Below, one piece after another: positions 12,285-24,311 of a DNA stretch of 64,000 nucleotides (its first letter is position 1; the number at the start of each line of letters is the position of its first letter). The notes under the pieces are model-generated. The model saw only the letters and a program-made list of their open reading frames with translations, made no database searches and was not told where the DNA came from. The stretch is taken from NCBI GenBank assembly GCA_963802965.1, contig CAWDKS010000003.1:202819-266818 (forward strand), read 5' to 3'. The position numbers were made by a program, and so were the translations under genes. The DNA comes from an uncultured Verrucomicrobiae bacterium (GTDB lineage: Bacteria > Verrucomicrobiota > Verrucomicrobiia > Limisphaerales > UBA11358).

Positions 12285-13697
12285 ATGAAAAACGCAAACA
12301 CAAAGACAAGAATCTATTCCAGCCTCTTTCTTTTTGGCGTTGCCGGCTTGCTATCAAAAACGCATGGCGCAGGCACTCCGGCGGTTGATTCCAATTCGGC
12401 CGCGCGGCAAAAACCGGTCTGGCTGACTGATTTGTCCCTGGGCGTCAAGGAAAGCTATGACGACAATCTGCTGCTGGTGTCCGGTAATGGCCTGACGCCC
12501 CAATCCTCCTGGGTCACCACGGCTTCGCCCAAGGTTGGCTTCAATTTCGCGCCGCTGTTGGGAAATCAAAGGACGTTGCAGACGCTGTCGTTGAGCTACA
12601 CGCCGGATTTCAATATTTACCAGAACGCCCCGTCGCAGAGTTACACCGCGCACAAGATTGGCGACACGATCAAAGGCCAAGCCGGTGATTTTTCATTCTC
12701 GCTGGACAATGCCTTTCTCTACAACGACGGCAATCATCGGGCCCCGATTTATGCCCTGAACCAGTCTGGCACCGCAGCCAGCCAACTCGATCAATTCCGC
12801 AACAACTACGCCCATCCCGTCCCCCGCGAGCGCCTGGCGCAGACCCAGGACCGCGCCACCATCCTGTTGCAATATGACTGGGACAAATTTTTCGTCCGGC
12901 CGGTGGCTTCGCTGCTGGATTACAACCTGATGACCGACTGGCACAACACGTCAGTGATTGCGGGATCTCCTCCTCCGGTTTATGGCTATCAAAACTATGT
13001 GGACCGTTACGACGAGAACGGCGGCGTGGATTTGGGATACAAGCTGACGCCGAAGCTGGCCGCGACGCTGAGCTACCGCTACGGCTCGCAATACCAGCAA
13101 CAGTTTCCGGCGGCGATTACCTTGGACCGTCATTATTCGTCCAGCGACTATCAGCGGGTGCTGCTCGGACTGGAAGGCAAGCCGTGGAACTGGCTGAATG
13201 TGAAGCTGGCGGGCGGCCCGGATTTCCGCAATTACAACTCCATGACTCCGGTCAACGATTTTCATCCGGTCAAGTATTACGGCGAGGCCGTCCTGACGGC
13301 GACGATTACGCCCAGCCAGTCAGTGACGTTTAATTACAAGCAATGGCAATGGGTTTCCAGCACCGGTAAAGTGCCGTATTCCGACAGCACCTACGCCCTG
13401 ACTTACCACTGGAATGCGACCAAGCAACTGGGATTGGACTTGGGAGGCAAAGTTTTGGAGGGTGACTACACCGAGGGCAATGACAATTCGGGGACGGCTC
13501 CGAGCCGGAGGGATGACATGGAATATGAGGCATCGGCCGGCGTGACCTACGCCTTCAACACCCATTTCAGCGCCAGCCTGGCTTACACCTACGACCTTGG
13601 CGACAACGCCCTGAACAACCTGCCCGCCACTTTGGGGCCGGCCTACCGCGACTTTGAACACCAGGTGGTTTCACTGGGCGTCCAATACAAGTTCTAA
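12285..13697 (+). CDS. outer-membrane beta-barrel protein (putative porin of the sulfate locus)
   Basis: Signal peptide MKNANTKTRIYSSLFLFGVAGLLSKTHG, alternating amphipathic strands rich in Y/G/N/D, and the C-terminal VSLGVQYKF aromatic terminus typical of OMPs. Confidence 0.6.
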   Translation: MKNANTKTRIYSSLFLFGVAGLLSKTHGAGTPAVDSNSAARQKPVWLTDLSLGVKESYDDNLLLVSGNGLTPQSSWVTTASPKVGFNFAPLLGNQRTLQTLSLSYTPDFNIYQNAPSQSYTAHKIGDTIKGQAGDFSFSLDNAFLYNDGNHRAPIYALNQSGTAASQLDQFRNNYAHPVPRERLAQTQDRATILLQYDWDKFFVRPVASLLDYNLMTDWHNTSVIAGSPPPVYGYQNYVDRYDENGGVDLGYKLTPKLAATLSYRYGSQYQQQFPAAITLDRHYSSSDYQRVLLGLEGKPWNWLNVKLAGGPDFRNYNSMTPVNDFHPVKYYGEAVLTATITPSQSVTFNYKQWQWVSSTGKVPYSDSTYALTYHWNATKQLGLDLGGKVLEGDYTEGNDNSGTAPSRRDDMEYEASAGVTYAFNTHFSASLAYTYDLGDNALNNLPATLGPAYRDFEHQVVSLGVQYKF

Positions 13698-13769
13698 TTT
13701 AATTCGCTCGAAAACACGAAAAACATGAAATTATCGTTTAAACAAACTTGAACTTGAAATTCACAGCAT

Positions 13770-14765
13770 ATGAAACCCTTTCTTAAAATTCTACTGGTCC
13801 TGTCGCTCGCCGCCGCGGCGAACGCGAAGGAAATCAAACTGCTCAACGTTTCCTACGACCCGACGCGCGAGCTGTATCAGGATTACAACGCCGCGTTTGC
13901 GAAGTATTGGAAGGCGAAGACCGGCGACGACGTGGTTGTCTCGCAATCGCACGGCGGTTCCGGCAAGCAGGCCCTGTCCGTCATCAACGGCCTGGAAGCC
14001 GATGTGGTCACGCTGGCGCTGGCGTACGACATTGACGCCATCGCCCAGCAAGCGGGCTTTCTGCCGGCTGACTGGCAAAAGCATCTGCCGGACAACAGCG
14101 CGCCCTACACTTCAACCATCGTGTTTCTCGTCCGCAAGGGGAACCCGAAAAGCATCAAGGACTGGGACGACATGGCGAAACCGGGAGTAGTCGTCGTGAC
14201 ACCCAATCCCAAAACCTCCGGTGGCGCGCGCTGGGCGTATCTCGCCGCCTGGGCCTACGCGCTCGACCAATACGGCCACGAGGATGCCAAGGCGCGCGAC
14301 TTTGTGAAACGGCTTTACAAGAATGTGCCGGTGCTGGATTCCGGCGCGCGCGGTTCGACCACGACATTCGTCGAGCGCGGCATCGGCGACGTGCTGCTCG
14401 CCTGGGAAAACGAGGCGCATCTGGCCGTCAAGGAATTTGGCCCGGACAAATTTGAAATTGTCACGCCGTCGGAGAGCATCCTAGCCGAACCACCGGTGGC
14501 CGTCGTGGACCAAGTGGCCAAAAGACACGGCACGGCGGAGGTGGCGAAGGCCTACCTCGAATACCTTTACTCCGATGAAGGCCAGGACATCGCCGGCCGG
14601 AATTTCTATCGTCCGCGCTCGGGAAAGACCGCGGCGAAATATACGGACCAGTTTGCCAGATTAAAACTCGTTACGGTGGACGAAGTTTTCGGCGGCTGGC
14701 AAAAGGCGCAGAAAGCCCATTTTGCCGACGGCGGCACGTTTGACCAGATTTATCAACCCGAATAG
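13770..14765 (+). CDS. sbp: sulfate/thiosulfate ABC transporter substrate-binding protein
   Basis: Signal peptide, then [11 protein letters not shown] and [16 protein letters not shown], which are characteristic of Sbp/CysP. Confidence 0.9.
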   Translation: MKPFLKILLVLSLAAAANAKEIKLLNVSYDPTRELYQDYNAAFAKYWKAKTGDDVVVSQSHGGSGKQALSVINGLEADVVTLALAYDIDAIAQQAGFLPADWQKHLPDNSAPYTSTIVFLVRKGNPKSIKDWDDMAKPGVVVVTPNPKTSGGARWAYLAAWAYALDQYGHEDAKARDFVKRLYKNVPVLDSGARGSTTTFVERGIGDVLLAWENEAHLAVKEFGPDKFEIVTPSESILAEPPVAVVDQVAKRHGTAEVAKAYLEYLYSDEGQDIAGRNFYRPRSGKTAAKYTDQFARLKLVTVDEVFGGWQKAQKAHFADGGTFDQIYQPE

Positions 14766-14817
14766 GTGGCATTAATTTCTTTCTCGTGATTTCAATAACC
14801 GCTAAAAGACAGCGCGC

Positions 14818-15648
14818 ATGACAAGGAAAAGTTTCCGTGTGCTGCCGGGCTTCCGTTTGACGCTCGGCTACACGCTGCTTTATCTCAGCCTGATTGTGCT
14901 GATCCCGCTGGCGGGTGTGTTCATAAAAACGAGCACGCTCTCGTGGGACCAGTTCTGGCACATCGTCACCGCGCCGCGCGCGCTGGCGTCGTATCGCCTG
15001 AGCTTCGGCGCGTCGTTCCTGGCGGCGCTTACCAACGTCTTTTTCGGCATCATGGTCGCGTGGGTGCTGGTGCGATATGAATTTTTCGGGAAAAAGGTTG
15101 TGGACGCACTGGTGGACATGCCCTTTGCGCTGCCGACGGCGGTGGCGGGCATCACGCTGACGGCGTTGTATGCGCCGCACGGCTGGATCGGCCAGTGGCT
15201 CGCGCCGCTCGGTGTCAAGGTCGCCTTCACGCAACTCGGCGTGTTCATCGCCCTCACCTTCATCGGCCTGCCGTTCATCGTGCGCACGGTGCAACCGGTG
15301 CTGGAGGATTTCGACCCGGAACTCGAGGAAGCCGCCGCGAGTCTCGGCGCAAGCCGCTGGCAGACATTCTGGCGCGTCATCCTGCCGATGTTGTTTCCGG
15401 CGCTGTTGACCGGATTTTCGCTGGCCTTCGCGCGCGCGCTGGGCGAATACGGCTCGGTGATTTTCATTGCCGGCAACATGCCGATGAAAACCGAAATCAC
15501 GCCGCTGCTCATCGTCACCAAGCTGGAGCAGTTCGACTACGCCGGCGCGACCGCGCTGGCGGTGGTGATGCTCGTCGGTTCCTTTGCGATACTGCTGACG
15601 GTCAATTTGCTCCAATGGCGGAGCAGCCGTCACCTCGCGCACGTTTGA
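14818..15648 (+). CDS. cysT: sulfate ABC transporter permease CysT
   Basis: Polytopic membrane protein with the EAA loop [21 protein letters not shown]. Confidence 0.9.
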   Translation: MTRKSFRVLPGFRLTLGYTLLYLSLIVLIPLAGVFIKTSTLSWDQFWHIVTAPRALASYRLSFGASFLAALTNVFFGIMVAWVLVRYEFFGKKVVDALVDMPFALPTAVAGITLTALYAPHGWIGQWLAPLGVKVAFTQLGVFIALTFIGLPFIVRTVQPVLEDFDPELEEAAASLGASRWQTFWRVILPMLFPALLTGFSLAFARALGEYGSVIFIAGNMPMKTEITPLLIVTKLEQFDYAGATALAVVMLVGSFAILLTVNLLQWRSSRHLAHV

Positions 15649-15649
15649 C

Positions 15650-16534
15650 ATGGGCGACACCACCACATTTTTCCGCGCCACCCGCCGCGAGCCGCATCGC
15701 CGGGCGACCGCCGAGTCGCCGTGGGTGCGCCGGTTGCTCATCACCGGCGCGTTGTTGTTTCTCGGAATTTTCCTGGTCCTGCCGCTCATGTCGGTTTTTG
15801 CCGAAGGGTTGAAGAAGGGCCTCGGTTTTTATTTCCAGACGTTCCGCGACCCGCTGACGTTGAGCGCCATCAAATTGACGTTTATCACGGCCGGCATTTC
15901 CGTGCCGTTGAATTGCATCTTCGGCGTGGCGGCGGCGTGGGCGATTACGAAATTCGATTTCCGTGGAAAAAATCTGCTCATCACGCTGATTGACCTGCCG
16001 TTTTCCGTCTCGCCGGTCATCGCGGGATTGATTTACGTGCTGCTCTTTGGCAGGCCGGGGCCGTTTTGGGCGTGGTTGTCCGATCACGACGTCAAAATCA
16101 TCTTCGCCGTGCCGGGCATCGTGCTGGCGACGACATTCGTGACCTTTCCGTTTGTCGCGCGCGAGCTGATTCCGCTCATGCAAGCGCAGGGCCGGACGGA
16201 GGAGGAGGCGGCGCGCGTGCTGGGCGCCAGCGGATGGCAGACGTTCTGGCGCGTGACCCTGCCGAACATCAAATGGGGCCTGCTGTACGGCGTGATTTTG
16301 TGCAACGCCCGGGCGATGGGCGAGTTCGGCGCGGTGTCGGTCGTGAGCGGCCACATTCGCGGGCTGACCAATACCATCCCGCTGCACATTGAAATCCTTT
16401 ACAACGATTACAACACCACGGGCGCATTTGCCGTGGCGTCCCTGCTGGCATTCCTCGGCCTGGTGACGCTGGTGTTGAAAACATGGGTGGAACGAAAAAA
16501 GGAAGCCGCGTTGCGCGCGGGGCAAACCCTTTGA
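15650..16534 (+). CDS. cysW: sulfate ABC transporter permease CysW
   Basis: EAA loop [21 protein letters not shown]. The gap to cysT is 1 nt. Confidence 0.9.
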   Translation: MGDTTTFFRATRREPHRRATAESPWVRRLLITGALLFLGIFLVLPLMSVFAEGLKKGLGFYFQTFRDPLTLSAIKLTFITAGISVPLNCIFGVAAAWAITKFDFRGKNLLITLIDLPFSVSPVIAGLIYVLLFGRPGPFWAWLSDHDVKIIFAVPGIVLATTFVTFPFVARELIPLMQAQGRTEEEAARVLGASGWQTFWRVTLPNIKWGLLYGVILCNARAMGEFGAVSVVSGHIRGLTNTIPLHIEILYNDYNTTGAFAVASLLAFLGLVTLVLKTWVERKKEAALRAGQTL

Positions 16535-16538
16535 CCGC

Positions 16539-17615
16539 ATGAGCGTTGAAGTCCGCAATATCACAAAGAAGTTCGGCCAATTCCCCGCGCTGCACGACGT
16601 GAGCTTGAAAATCGAGTCCGGCGAACTCGTCGCGCTGCTCGGGCCGTCCGGTTCCGGCAAGACGACGTTGTTGCGCATCATCGCCGGCCTGGAATTTCCC
16701 GATCCCGGCCCGGGGCAGGTCTTGTTTTACGGCGAGGATGTCACGAACATTCCCGCGAGCGAGCGCAAGGCCGGCTTTGCCTTCCAGCATTACGCGCTGT
16801 TCCGGCACCTGAACGTGTTCGAAAACATCGCGTTCGGCCTGCGCGTGCTGCCGCGCTCGAAGCGGCCGAAGGAACCCGAAATCCGCGAGCGCGTCGAAAA
16901 ATTGCTGAAGCTCATCCAGCTCGACGCGCACGGCAAACGTTTTCCGTCACAGCTTTCCGGCGGCCAGCGCCAGCGCGTCGCCCTGGCCCGCGCGCTGGCC
17001 GTGGAGCCGAAGGTGTTGCTGCTCGACGAGCCGTTTGGCGCGCTCGACGCCAAGGTGCGGAAGGAATTGCGCCGCTGGCTCCGCCAATTGCACGAGGAAA
17101 TCCATGTCACCACGTTGTTTGTCACGCACGACCGCGAGGAGGCGCTGGAGGTGGCCGGGCGCGTGGCCGTGTTGCGCGACGGGCGCGTCGAGCAAATCGG
17201 CACGCCAGAGCAGATTTACGACCAGCCGGCCTCGGCGTTCGTCTATGATTTTCTCGGCAATGTAAATTTGTTTCACGGCCAGTCCCATGCCGGCTCCGTG
17301 AAAATCGGAGACACGGAATATGCCGTGACCGAAAAGGGCGGCCCGCTCGAAACGCCCGCCGTCGCGTTTGTGCGGCCGCACGACATTCGCATCCGCCGTA
17401 AACCGGGTGGACTCGCGACGTTGGCGGCGCGCGTCATCCGCTGCAACACCGCCGGTCCTGCCGTCCACCTGGAACTCCGGCGGCTCGACAACGACGGCTG
17501 GTTCGAGGTGCAATTGAGCAAGGAACAATTCCATCAATTGGCATTGAAGCCGGGCGACCAGGTGTATGTGGAACTGCAAAATGTCCGCGTTTTCCCCGAA
17601 GATTATTCCATTTGA
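16539..17615 (+). CDS. cysA: sulfate ABC transporter ATP-binding protein CysA
   Basis: Walker [10 protein letters not shown], signature [15 protein letters not shown], Walker [12 protein letters not shown], and a C-terminal TOBE-like domain. Confidence 0.92.
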   Translation: MSVEVRNITKKFGQFPALHDVSLKIESGELVALLGPSGSGKTTLLRIIAGLEFPDPGPGQVLFYGEDVTNIPASERKAGFAFQHYALFRHLNVFENIAFGLRVLPRSKRPKEPEIRERVEKLLKLIQLDAHGKRFPSQLSGGQRQRVALARALAVEPKVLLLDEPFGALDAKVRKELRRWLRQLHEEIHVTTLFVTHDREEALEVAGRVAVLRDGRVEQIGTPEQIYDQPASAFVYDFLGNVNLFHGQSHAGSVKIGDTEYAVTEKGGPLETPAVAFVRPHDIRIRRKPGGLATLAARVIRCNTAGPAVHLELRRLDNDGWFEVQLSKEQFHQLALKPGDQVYVELQNVRVFPEDYSI

Positions 17616-17646
17616 ATTTTGCCGGAAACTTTGCGACGCTGGCTTG

Positions 17647-17805
17647 ATGAAGCGGCGTTTGGGAAAATTATTGTTTCCGCATCTCCCCTCCGATTTGCAA
17701 AAACGCAGGATGAACATCATCCTGGCGGTCCTGCTGGTGGGTCTGCTCTTTGGCGGCCTCGTGGCGCTGATGGCGGTGGTCAACAACCGGGTGGGTCCCC
17801 GCTGA
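17647..17805 (+). CDS. hypothetical small membrane protein
   Basis: The internal ATG of ORF 17566..17805 gives MKRRLGKLL...MNIILAVLLVGLLFGGLVALMAVV, with one predicted TM helix. No family was recognised. Confidence 0.25.
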   Translation: MKRRLGKLLFPHLPSDLQKRRMNIILAVLLVGLLFGGLVALMAVVNNRVGPR

Positions 17806-17838
17806 ACCGTTGCCGCGCGGCGCGGACGAACGCAGGCT

Positions 17839-17914
17839 TGGGGTGGCCGACGGGATTCGAACCCGCAACAACAAGCTCCACAAGCTTGGACTCTACCGTT
17901 GAGCTACGACCACC
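17839..17914 (-). tRNA. tRNA-His (GTG) with encoded G-1 and CCA
   Basis: The reverse complement reads G-GTGGTCG...CAAGC-TTGTGGA-GCTTG...GGGTTCGAATCCC...CGGCCAC-C-CCA. Confidence 0.92.
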
Positions 17915-17977
17915 AACCGGGTCACAAGCTAGTTTTTTCCCGTGCGCGCGTCAAGTTCGCGCCGGAAGTGGCGCATT

Positions 17978-18859
17978 TTATTTCCCTTCCACTCCTTTGA
18001 GATAAGCGAAAATGAGTTCGGGCAATTCACGGCTGTAACCGCCTTCAAGCAGGCTGAACATGGGCATGCCGGGCGCGCGCAACGACTGGCCGAGCCAGTA
18101 AAAATCGTCCAACACCAGCACGCCCGGCACGAGCGGGTCGCGCACGTAGGCGTCGAACCCGGCGGACACGGCGACGAGGTCGGGCTGGAATTTTTTCAGG
18201 TCTTCGAGCGCGCGGGCCAGCGTGGCACGGTAGGTCGCACGCTGCGCGTCCGGGGCGACGGGGTAATTGAAACAGTTCTTGCCGGCGTTCATGGCGCCCG
18301 TGCCGGGGTAACAGGGATGCTGGTGGACGGAAAAAAACGCGACGCCGGGCCGGTCGAGCAAAATGGCTTCCGTGCCGTTGCCGTGATGCACGTCGAAATC
18401 ATAAACCGCGACACGTTTTGTGCTGGTCGCAAGCGCTTCGAGCACGGCAATGGCGATGTTGTTCAAATAACAAAAACCCATCGCCTGGTCGCGCAGGGCG
18501 TGGTGGCCGGGCGGGCGCATGAGGCTGAAAACATTTTCACCGGCGCGCGCCGTCTTCAACGCGTCCAGCGCGGCGGCGGCGGATGCGCGGGCATAATCGC
18601 CGATGTTTTCGTAAAACGGCGTGTCGGCATCGAAATCCCGCGGAATTTTCAGCCGCGCGAGCATTTCGGGCGTGTGGGCGCGGAGAATCTGCTGGTCGGC
18701 TGCTTTTGTCGGGGCGATCCATTCAATCGAGATTTCATTTTGATTTTTCAATCGCTCAACCGTGGCTGTGATCCGCGCGGGCCGTTCGGGATGTCCGATA
18801 CGCGAGTAACCGGCGCATTTTTCGTCCGTGATGATTTTCACGGGCGTGGATTTAACCAC
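17978..18859 (-). CDS. histone deacetylase-family (AcuC/acetylpolyamine amidohydrolase-like) protein
   Basis: MRPPGHHA and VYDFDVHHGNGTE zinc/active-site motifs. The start codon is GTG. Confidence 0.85.
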   Translation of the reverse strand: MVKSTPVKIITDEKCAGYSRIGHPERPARITATVERLKNQNEISIEWIAPTKAADQQILRAHTPEMLARLKIPRDFDADTPFYENIGDYARASAAAALDALKTARAGENVFSLMRPPGHHALRDQAMGFCYLNNIAIAVLEALATSTKRVAVYDFDVHHGNGTEAILLDRPGVAFFSVHQHPCYPGTGAMNAGKNCFNYPVAPDAQRATYRATLARALEDLKKFQPDLVAVSAGFDAYVRDPLVPGVLVLDDFYWLGQSLRAPGMPMFSLLEGGYSRELPELIFAYLKGVEGK

Positions 18860-18860
18860 G

Positions 18861-18941
18861 GATGAACGCGGATGAACACGGATTTGTAGTCGAGGTGACG
18901 GGACTCAAATCAAACTGGAGACTTCCTGCATCGTTTCCTGC
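18861..18941. repeat. tandem GATGAAC[GA]CG units followed by a degenerate TGTAG-family element
   Basis: gatgaacgcg gatgaacacg gat (18861-18883), then GTAGTCGAGGTGACGGGACTC (18886-18906) with a poorly matching right arm. Confidence 0.5.
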
Positions 18942-19009
18942 TTTTAACATGATTCTTTTTGCAACCAGGGCGCTTTTGGTTAAGCTTGGGAGAAATTAAG
19001 GATTAAATC

Positions 19010-20035
19010 ATGAAGTTGATTTGTTTTGCGTTTGCCGCCGCGCTCGGCGGGTTCACCTTCAACGTGAGCGCATGGGATTACGAGGGGCATCACGCCATCA
19101 ACGAACTGGCCCTGGCGTCGCTGCCGCAGGATTTCGGCGGATTCACGCTGACACCCGCCTTGAAGCACCGCATCGCGTTTCTCGGGGGCGAGCCGGACCG
19201 CTGGCGCAACATGAGTGATTTGCCGCTGAAAAATCTCAACGGGCCGGACCATTACATTGATTTGGAGGATTTGAAACTTTTCGGGCTGACGCCGGAGACG
19301 CTGCCGCTCATGCGTTACGATTTCGCCGCCGACATCGCGCGGGCGCGGGCGGCGCATCCGGAGCGGTTTCCGCCCATTGACCCGGCCAGGGACGCCGACC
19401 ACACCCGCGAGCTGGACGGGTTTCTGCCGTGGACCATCACGGAGTATTACGAAAAATTAAAATCGTGCTTCAGTTATCTCAAGACCTTCCAGAAATACGG
19501 CGGCACGCCGGAGGAAATCGCGAACGCGGAGGCGAACGTTGTCTATGTCATGGGTGTTATGGGGCATTTTGTGGGCGACGGTTCGCAGCCGTTGCACACG
19601 ACGGTTTGCTTCAACGGCTGGGTCGGTGACAATCCGCGCGGTTACACAACCAGCCAGAAATTTCACGCGTGGATTGACGGCGGTTATTTTCGCCAGACCG
19701 GCGGAATACAAGCCGGGGCGCTGGTTGACAAAATTCAGCCCGCCGGGCGCATCGCGAATGCGGACGCGCCGGACGGAATGTTTCGCGCCGTGGTTGGTTA
19801 TCTGGTCGCGCAAAACAAGCTCGTCGGGCCGCTCTATGAACTGGAAAAGGAAGGGAAACTGACCGGCGAAGGCGACCAGGGGCTGGAAGGCCGGGCGTTT
19901 CTGGAAGGCCAGCTCGTAAAAGCCGGCCAGATGCTCGGCAACATCTGGAACACGGCGTGGCTCGAAGCGCCGGAAGATCAATACCTCCAGAAGACACTCG
20001 AACAACGCAACGCGGCGAATTCGCAATCGAAGTGA
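19010..20035 (+). CDS. secreted S1/P1-type zinc nuclease family protein
   Basis: The signal peptide ends ...NVSA, followed by W-DYEG-H. Spacings HFVGDGSQPLH (H-x3-D-x5-H) and HAWID (H-x3-D) match the P1-nuclease zinc ligands as I recall them. Confidence 0.6.
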   Translation: MKLICFAFAAALGGFTFNVSAWDYEGHHAINELALASLPQDFGGFTLTPALKHRIAFLGGEPDRWRNMSDLPLKNLNGPDHYIDLEDLKLFGLTPETLPLMRYDFAADIARARAAHPERFPPIDPARDADHTRELDGFLPWTITEYYEKLKSCFSYLKTFQKYGGTPEEIANAEANVVYVMGVMGHFVGDGSQPLHTTVCFNGWVGDNPRGYTTSQKFHAWIDGGYFRQTGGIQAGALVDKIQPAGRIANADAPDGMFRAVVGYLVAQNKLVGPLYELEKEGKLTGEGDQGLEGRAFLEGQLVKAGQMLGNIWNTAWLEAPEDQYLQKTLEQRNAANSQSK

Positions 20036-20160
20036 GGCGGCGGGTTTAACCCGGCCCGCCTGCGCGCGGTGCGCTTCGGGCCGGCGCCAACCGCCCGGCC
20101 GTCGCCGACGTTGAGGGACGTCCACGTTTACCAATTCCGAAACAGCCGTTCCCGGTTCAA

Positions 20161-21450
20161 TCAAGCCAGGGACCAGGGGCCGCGCATGGAACGTTCGCGC
20201 ATGCGGTTGGCCTGCATGTCATCCTTGAATTCCTCTTTTACCGGGTCCCATTGGAGCTTGCGGTGCAGGAGCATCGCGATGTTGCCGAGGTTGCAGACCG
20301 TCGTCGTGCGGTGGCCGCTGCCGAGATCGGACACGGGCTTTTTGCGGCTGCGAATGCAATCCAGAAAATTGCCCATGTGATCGTTGCTCCGGTAAAGGCG
20401 TGTTTCGCCGGGGGCGAATTCTTCCTTGAGCAAATACGGGTTGCTGGCTTTGAGCCTTGAGCGCGAGACGTCGAGCCAGCCCCTTTCGCCGTGGAAAATG
20501 ATGTTCCCGTCGAAAACACCATCCGTGCGCGTGCGAACACGCATGAGGATGCCGTTGGAGTAACGGGCGGTGAAGTCCACGCGCGTCGGCGCGGTGAACA
20601 GGCCGGTCGTTGGAAATTCACCACAACCTTCGATTTCCGTCGGACCGCTGTCATCCATGCCGAGCGCCCATTGCGCGATGTCAATATAATGCGCACCCCA
20701 ATTGGTGGTCTGGCCGCCGCCGGTGTCGAGGATGAAACGAAATTGATAATGCGTGCGCTGATGAGTGAACGGCGCCCACGGCGCGGGCCCGAGCCAGAAA
20801 TCGTAGTCGAAGCCGTCCGGCACGGGCTCCATTTCCCAGGTCGCGCCGGTGTATTTGTTGTTGGCGGGAATCAAAACTTCAATGCGGTCAATTTTTCCGA
20901 AGCGTCCGTTGCGAATGAGTTCGGCGGCGAGACGAAAATCGTGGCTTGACCGCTGCATCGTGCCCGTCTGGCCGACGCGCTCATATTTGCGCAACTCTTC
21001 GACCAGCGCCTGACCTTCCCGAATCGTCAGCGTGAGCGGCTTTTCCACAAACACGTCCTTGCCGTGGCGGATGGCGTCGAGGGCGGTGAGACAATGCCAA
21101 TGGTCGGGCGTGGCGACCACGACGGCGTCAATGTCCGTCCGGCGGGTCAATTCGCGGAAATCGCCATACAGGGCGCACCCGTTGTCGCCGTTGGAGTCAT
21201 TGATGATTTTGGCGGCGTGTTCGCGATGAAACTTGTCCACATCGCACACGGCCACGGCGCGCGCGCCTTGGTCGCGCAATCCCAGGACGCGCCCGATGTT
21301 TGCCTGGCCCATGCCGCCGACGCCGACGAAGCCGAAGGTGATTTGTTTGCTGGGCGCGTCCGCGCCGAGCAAACGCGAAGGAATGATGGTCGGAAAAGCC
21401 GCCGCGCTCGCGGTGAGGGCGGACAATTTCAGGAAGTGTCTTCGGTTCAT
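20161..21450 (-). CDS. Gfo/Idh/MocA family oxidoreductase with Tat signal
   Basis: MNRRHFLKLSALTASAAAF twin-arginine leader and the GFVGVGGMGQANI Rossmann motif. Confidence 0.85.
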   Translation of the reverse strand: MNRRHFLKLSALTASAAAFPTIIPSRLLGADAPSKQITFGFVGVGGMGQANIGRVLGLRDQGARAVAVCDVDKFHREHAAKIINDSNGDNGCALYGDFRELTRRTDIDAVVVATPDHWHCLTALDAIRHGKDVFVEKPLTLTIREGQALVEELRKYERVGQTGTMQRSSHDFRLAAELIRNGRFGKIDRIEVLIPANNKYTGATWEMEPVPDGFDYDFWLGPAPWAPFTHQRTHYQFRFILDTGGGQTTNWGAHYIDIAQWALGMDDSGPTEIEGCGEFPTTGLFTAPTRVDFTARYSNGILMRVRTRTDGVFDGNIIFHGERGWLDVSRSRLKASNPYLLKEEFAPGETRLYRSNDHMGNFLDCIRSRKKPVSDLGSGHRTTTVCNLGNIAMLLHRKLQWDPVKEEFKDDMQANRMRERSMRGPWSLA

Positions 21451-21462
21451 GGGCTGGAAAGA

Positions 21463-22086
21463 TCAAGGCTGGTTTTGCAATCGGACCAGCGCGCGTTCGG
21501 CGGCTTCGCTCACGTCGCGCGATTCATTTTTGTCCGCCAAAACACTTTTGAGCAGGGCAATCGCCTGTTTGTCTCCGCGCCTGGCGATTGAACCCATCAA
21601 ACCCGCTTTGGCCGCGCCGGTGAGTTTGGGCAGCGCCCCGCGGAATGCCGCGTCCACTTCCGCGCCGGGAATTTCCTGCAATGCGTAGCGCGCCCGGTCC
21701 GAGCGATTGTCATCTTCGAGCAACGGCGCGAGCATCGGCACGCAGGCGGGCGAACCGCAGTAAAAAAGCATCCGACAAACCCAGTCCTCCGCACAGTCGG
21801 TGCAGGCGGAATCGTTGAGCACGGCCGCCAGTTGCTTTTCAAGCGCCGGGTATTCGGAAGGATCGGCGTCAAGAATCAGCCTTTGGAGGCCGGAGGCAAA
21901 CGTGCGATCACCGCCGAATTTCATTTTGACCACCTCACGCCACGGATCGGGGGAATTGGTGAAAAAACCGTCGCGCGCGTCGTTCTTGCTGTTTGCCAGC
22001 GGGTCGCTGGCCGCGCGCTTTTCCTGGGCTTGTGCGACGGCGGCGACCGCGAGCGGCGCCAGAGAAGCGGCTACCTTGTTTTTCAT
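21463..22086 (-). CDS. secreted HEAT-repeat protein (hypothetical)
   Basis: ATG at 22086 (MKNKVAASLAPLAVAAVAQAQE signal). HEAT/PBS-lyase-like repeats: LLEDDNRSDRARYALQEI...GDKQAIALLKSVLADKNESRDVSEAAERAL. Confidence 0.55.
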   Translation of the reverse strand: MKNKVAASLAPLAVAAVAQAQEKRAASDPLANSKNDARDGFFTNSPDPWREVVKMKFGGDRTFASGLQRLILDADPSEYPALEKQLAAVLNDSACTDCAEDWVCRMLFYCGSPACVPMLAPLLEDDNRSDRARYALQEIPGAEVDAAFRGALPKLTGAAKAGLMGSIARRGDKQAIALLKSVLADKNESRDVSEAAERALVRLQNQP

Positions 22087-22310
22087 GAAAATTCGCAATT
22101 CCCTTTCATTTTATCCATTTATCCCGCCGTTTCGTTGGCGCGCTGCAAATACAAACCTGTTTGTCTCGAAATCCTGCGGTGGAACGTGCGATGAGGCTAA
22201 TAAAATTCCCAAGCCCGGGCAACATCTTTTGCGAAACGCGTCCCGAAGGCGTTGAACGTGGTTCCCGGCCCCGACCGCAAAATATCCCTGTAAAACAAGG
22301 ATGTTTCAAG

Positions 22311-22386
22311 TGGTGGGCCCGCTCGGATTTGAACCGAGGACCAAGCGATTATGAGTCGCCTGCTCTGACCGCTGAGCTACGGGCCC
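22311..22386 (-). tRNA. tRNA-Met (CAT), elongator type (tRNA-Ile2/lysidine not excluded)
   Basis: The reverse complement reads GGGCCCGTAGCTCAGCGGTCAGAGC-AGGCGACTCATAATCGCTTG...GGTTCAAATCCGAGCGGGCCCACCA. The 1-72 pair is G-C, so it is not an initiator. Confidence 0.9.
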
Positions 22387-22427
22387 GAAGTGAAGCCATT
22401 TTGCGCCGGCCCGGGCGCGCGACAAGT

Positions 22428-24188
<1,761 letters not shown>

Positions 24189-24311
24189 ACAACACTCAAC
24201 ACTCAATGCGCCCCGACTGCTGACCGAAAGCGGTAGTCTAATATCAATTGCCATTGCAATTTCGTCAAGTGGGGAAACGCCGTCTTCGGAAAGTCGCGTC
24301 CGCAAAATCGT

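Noticed and set aside
14671-15789. 372-aa ORF antisense to cysT/cysW
   Set aside because: It is Arg/Gln/His-rich and low-complexity with no domain signature, and it fully overlaps two well-supported permease genes. This is a typical high-GC shadow ORF.
17839-22386. tRNA-His and tRNA-Met as possible genomic-island integration sites
   Set aside because: No integrase, direct repeat of a tRNA 3' end, or mobility gene is nearby. The flanking genes (HDAC-like, nuclease, oxidoreductase, rpoD) have host-like composition.
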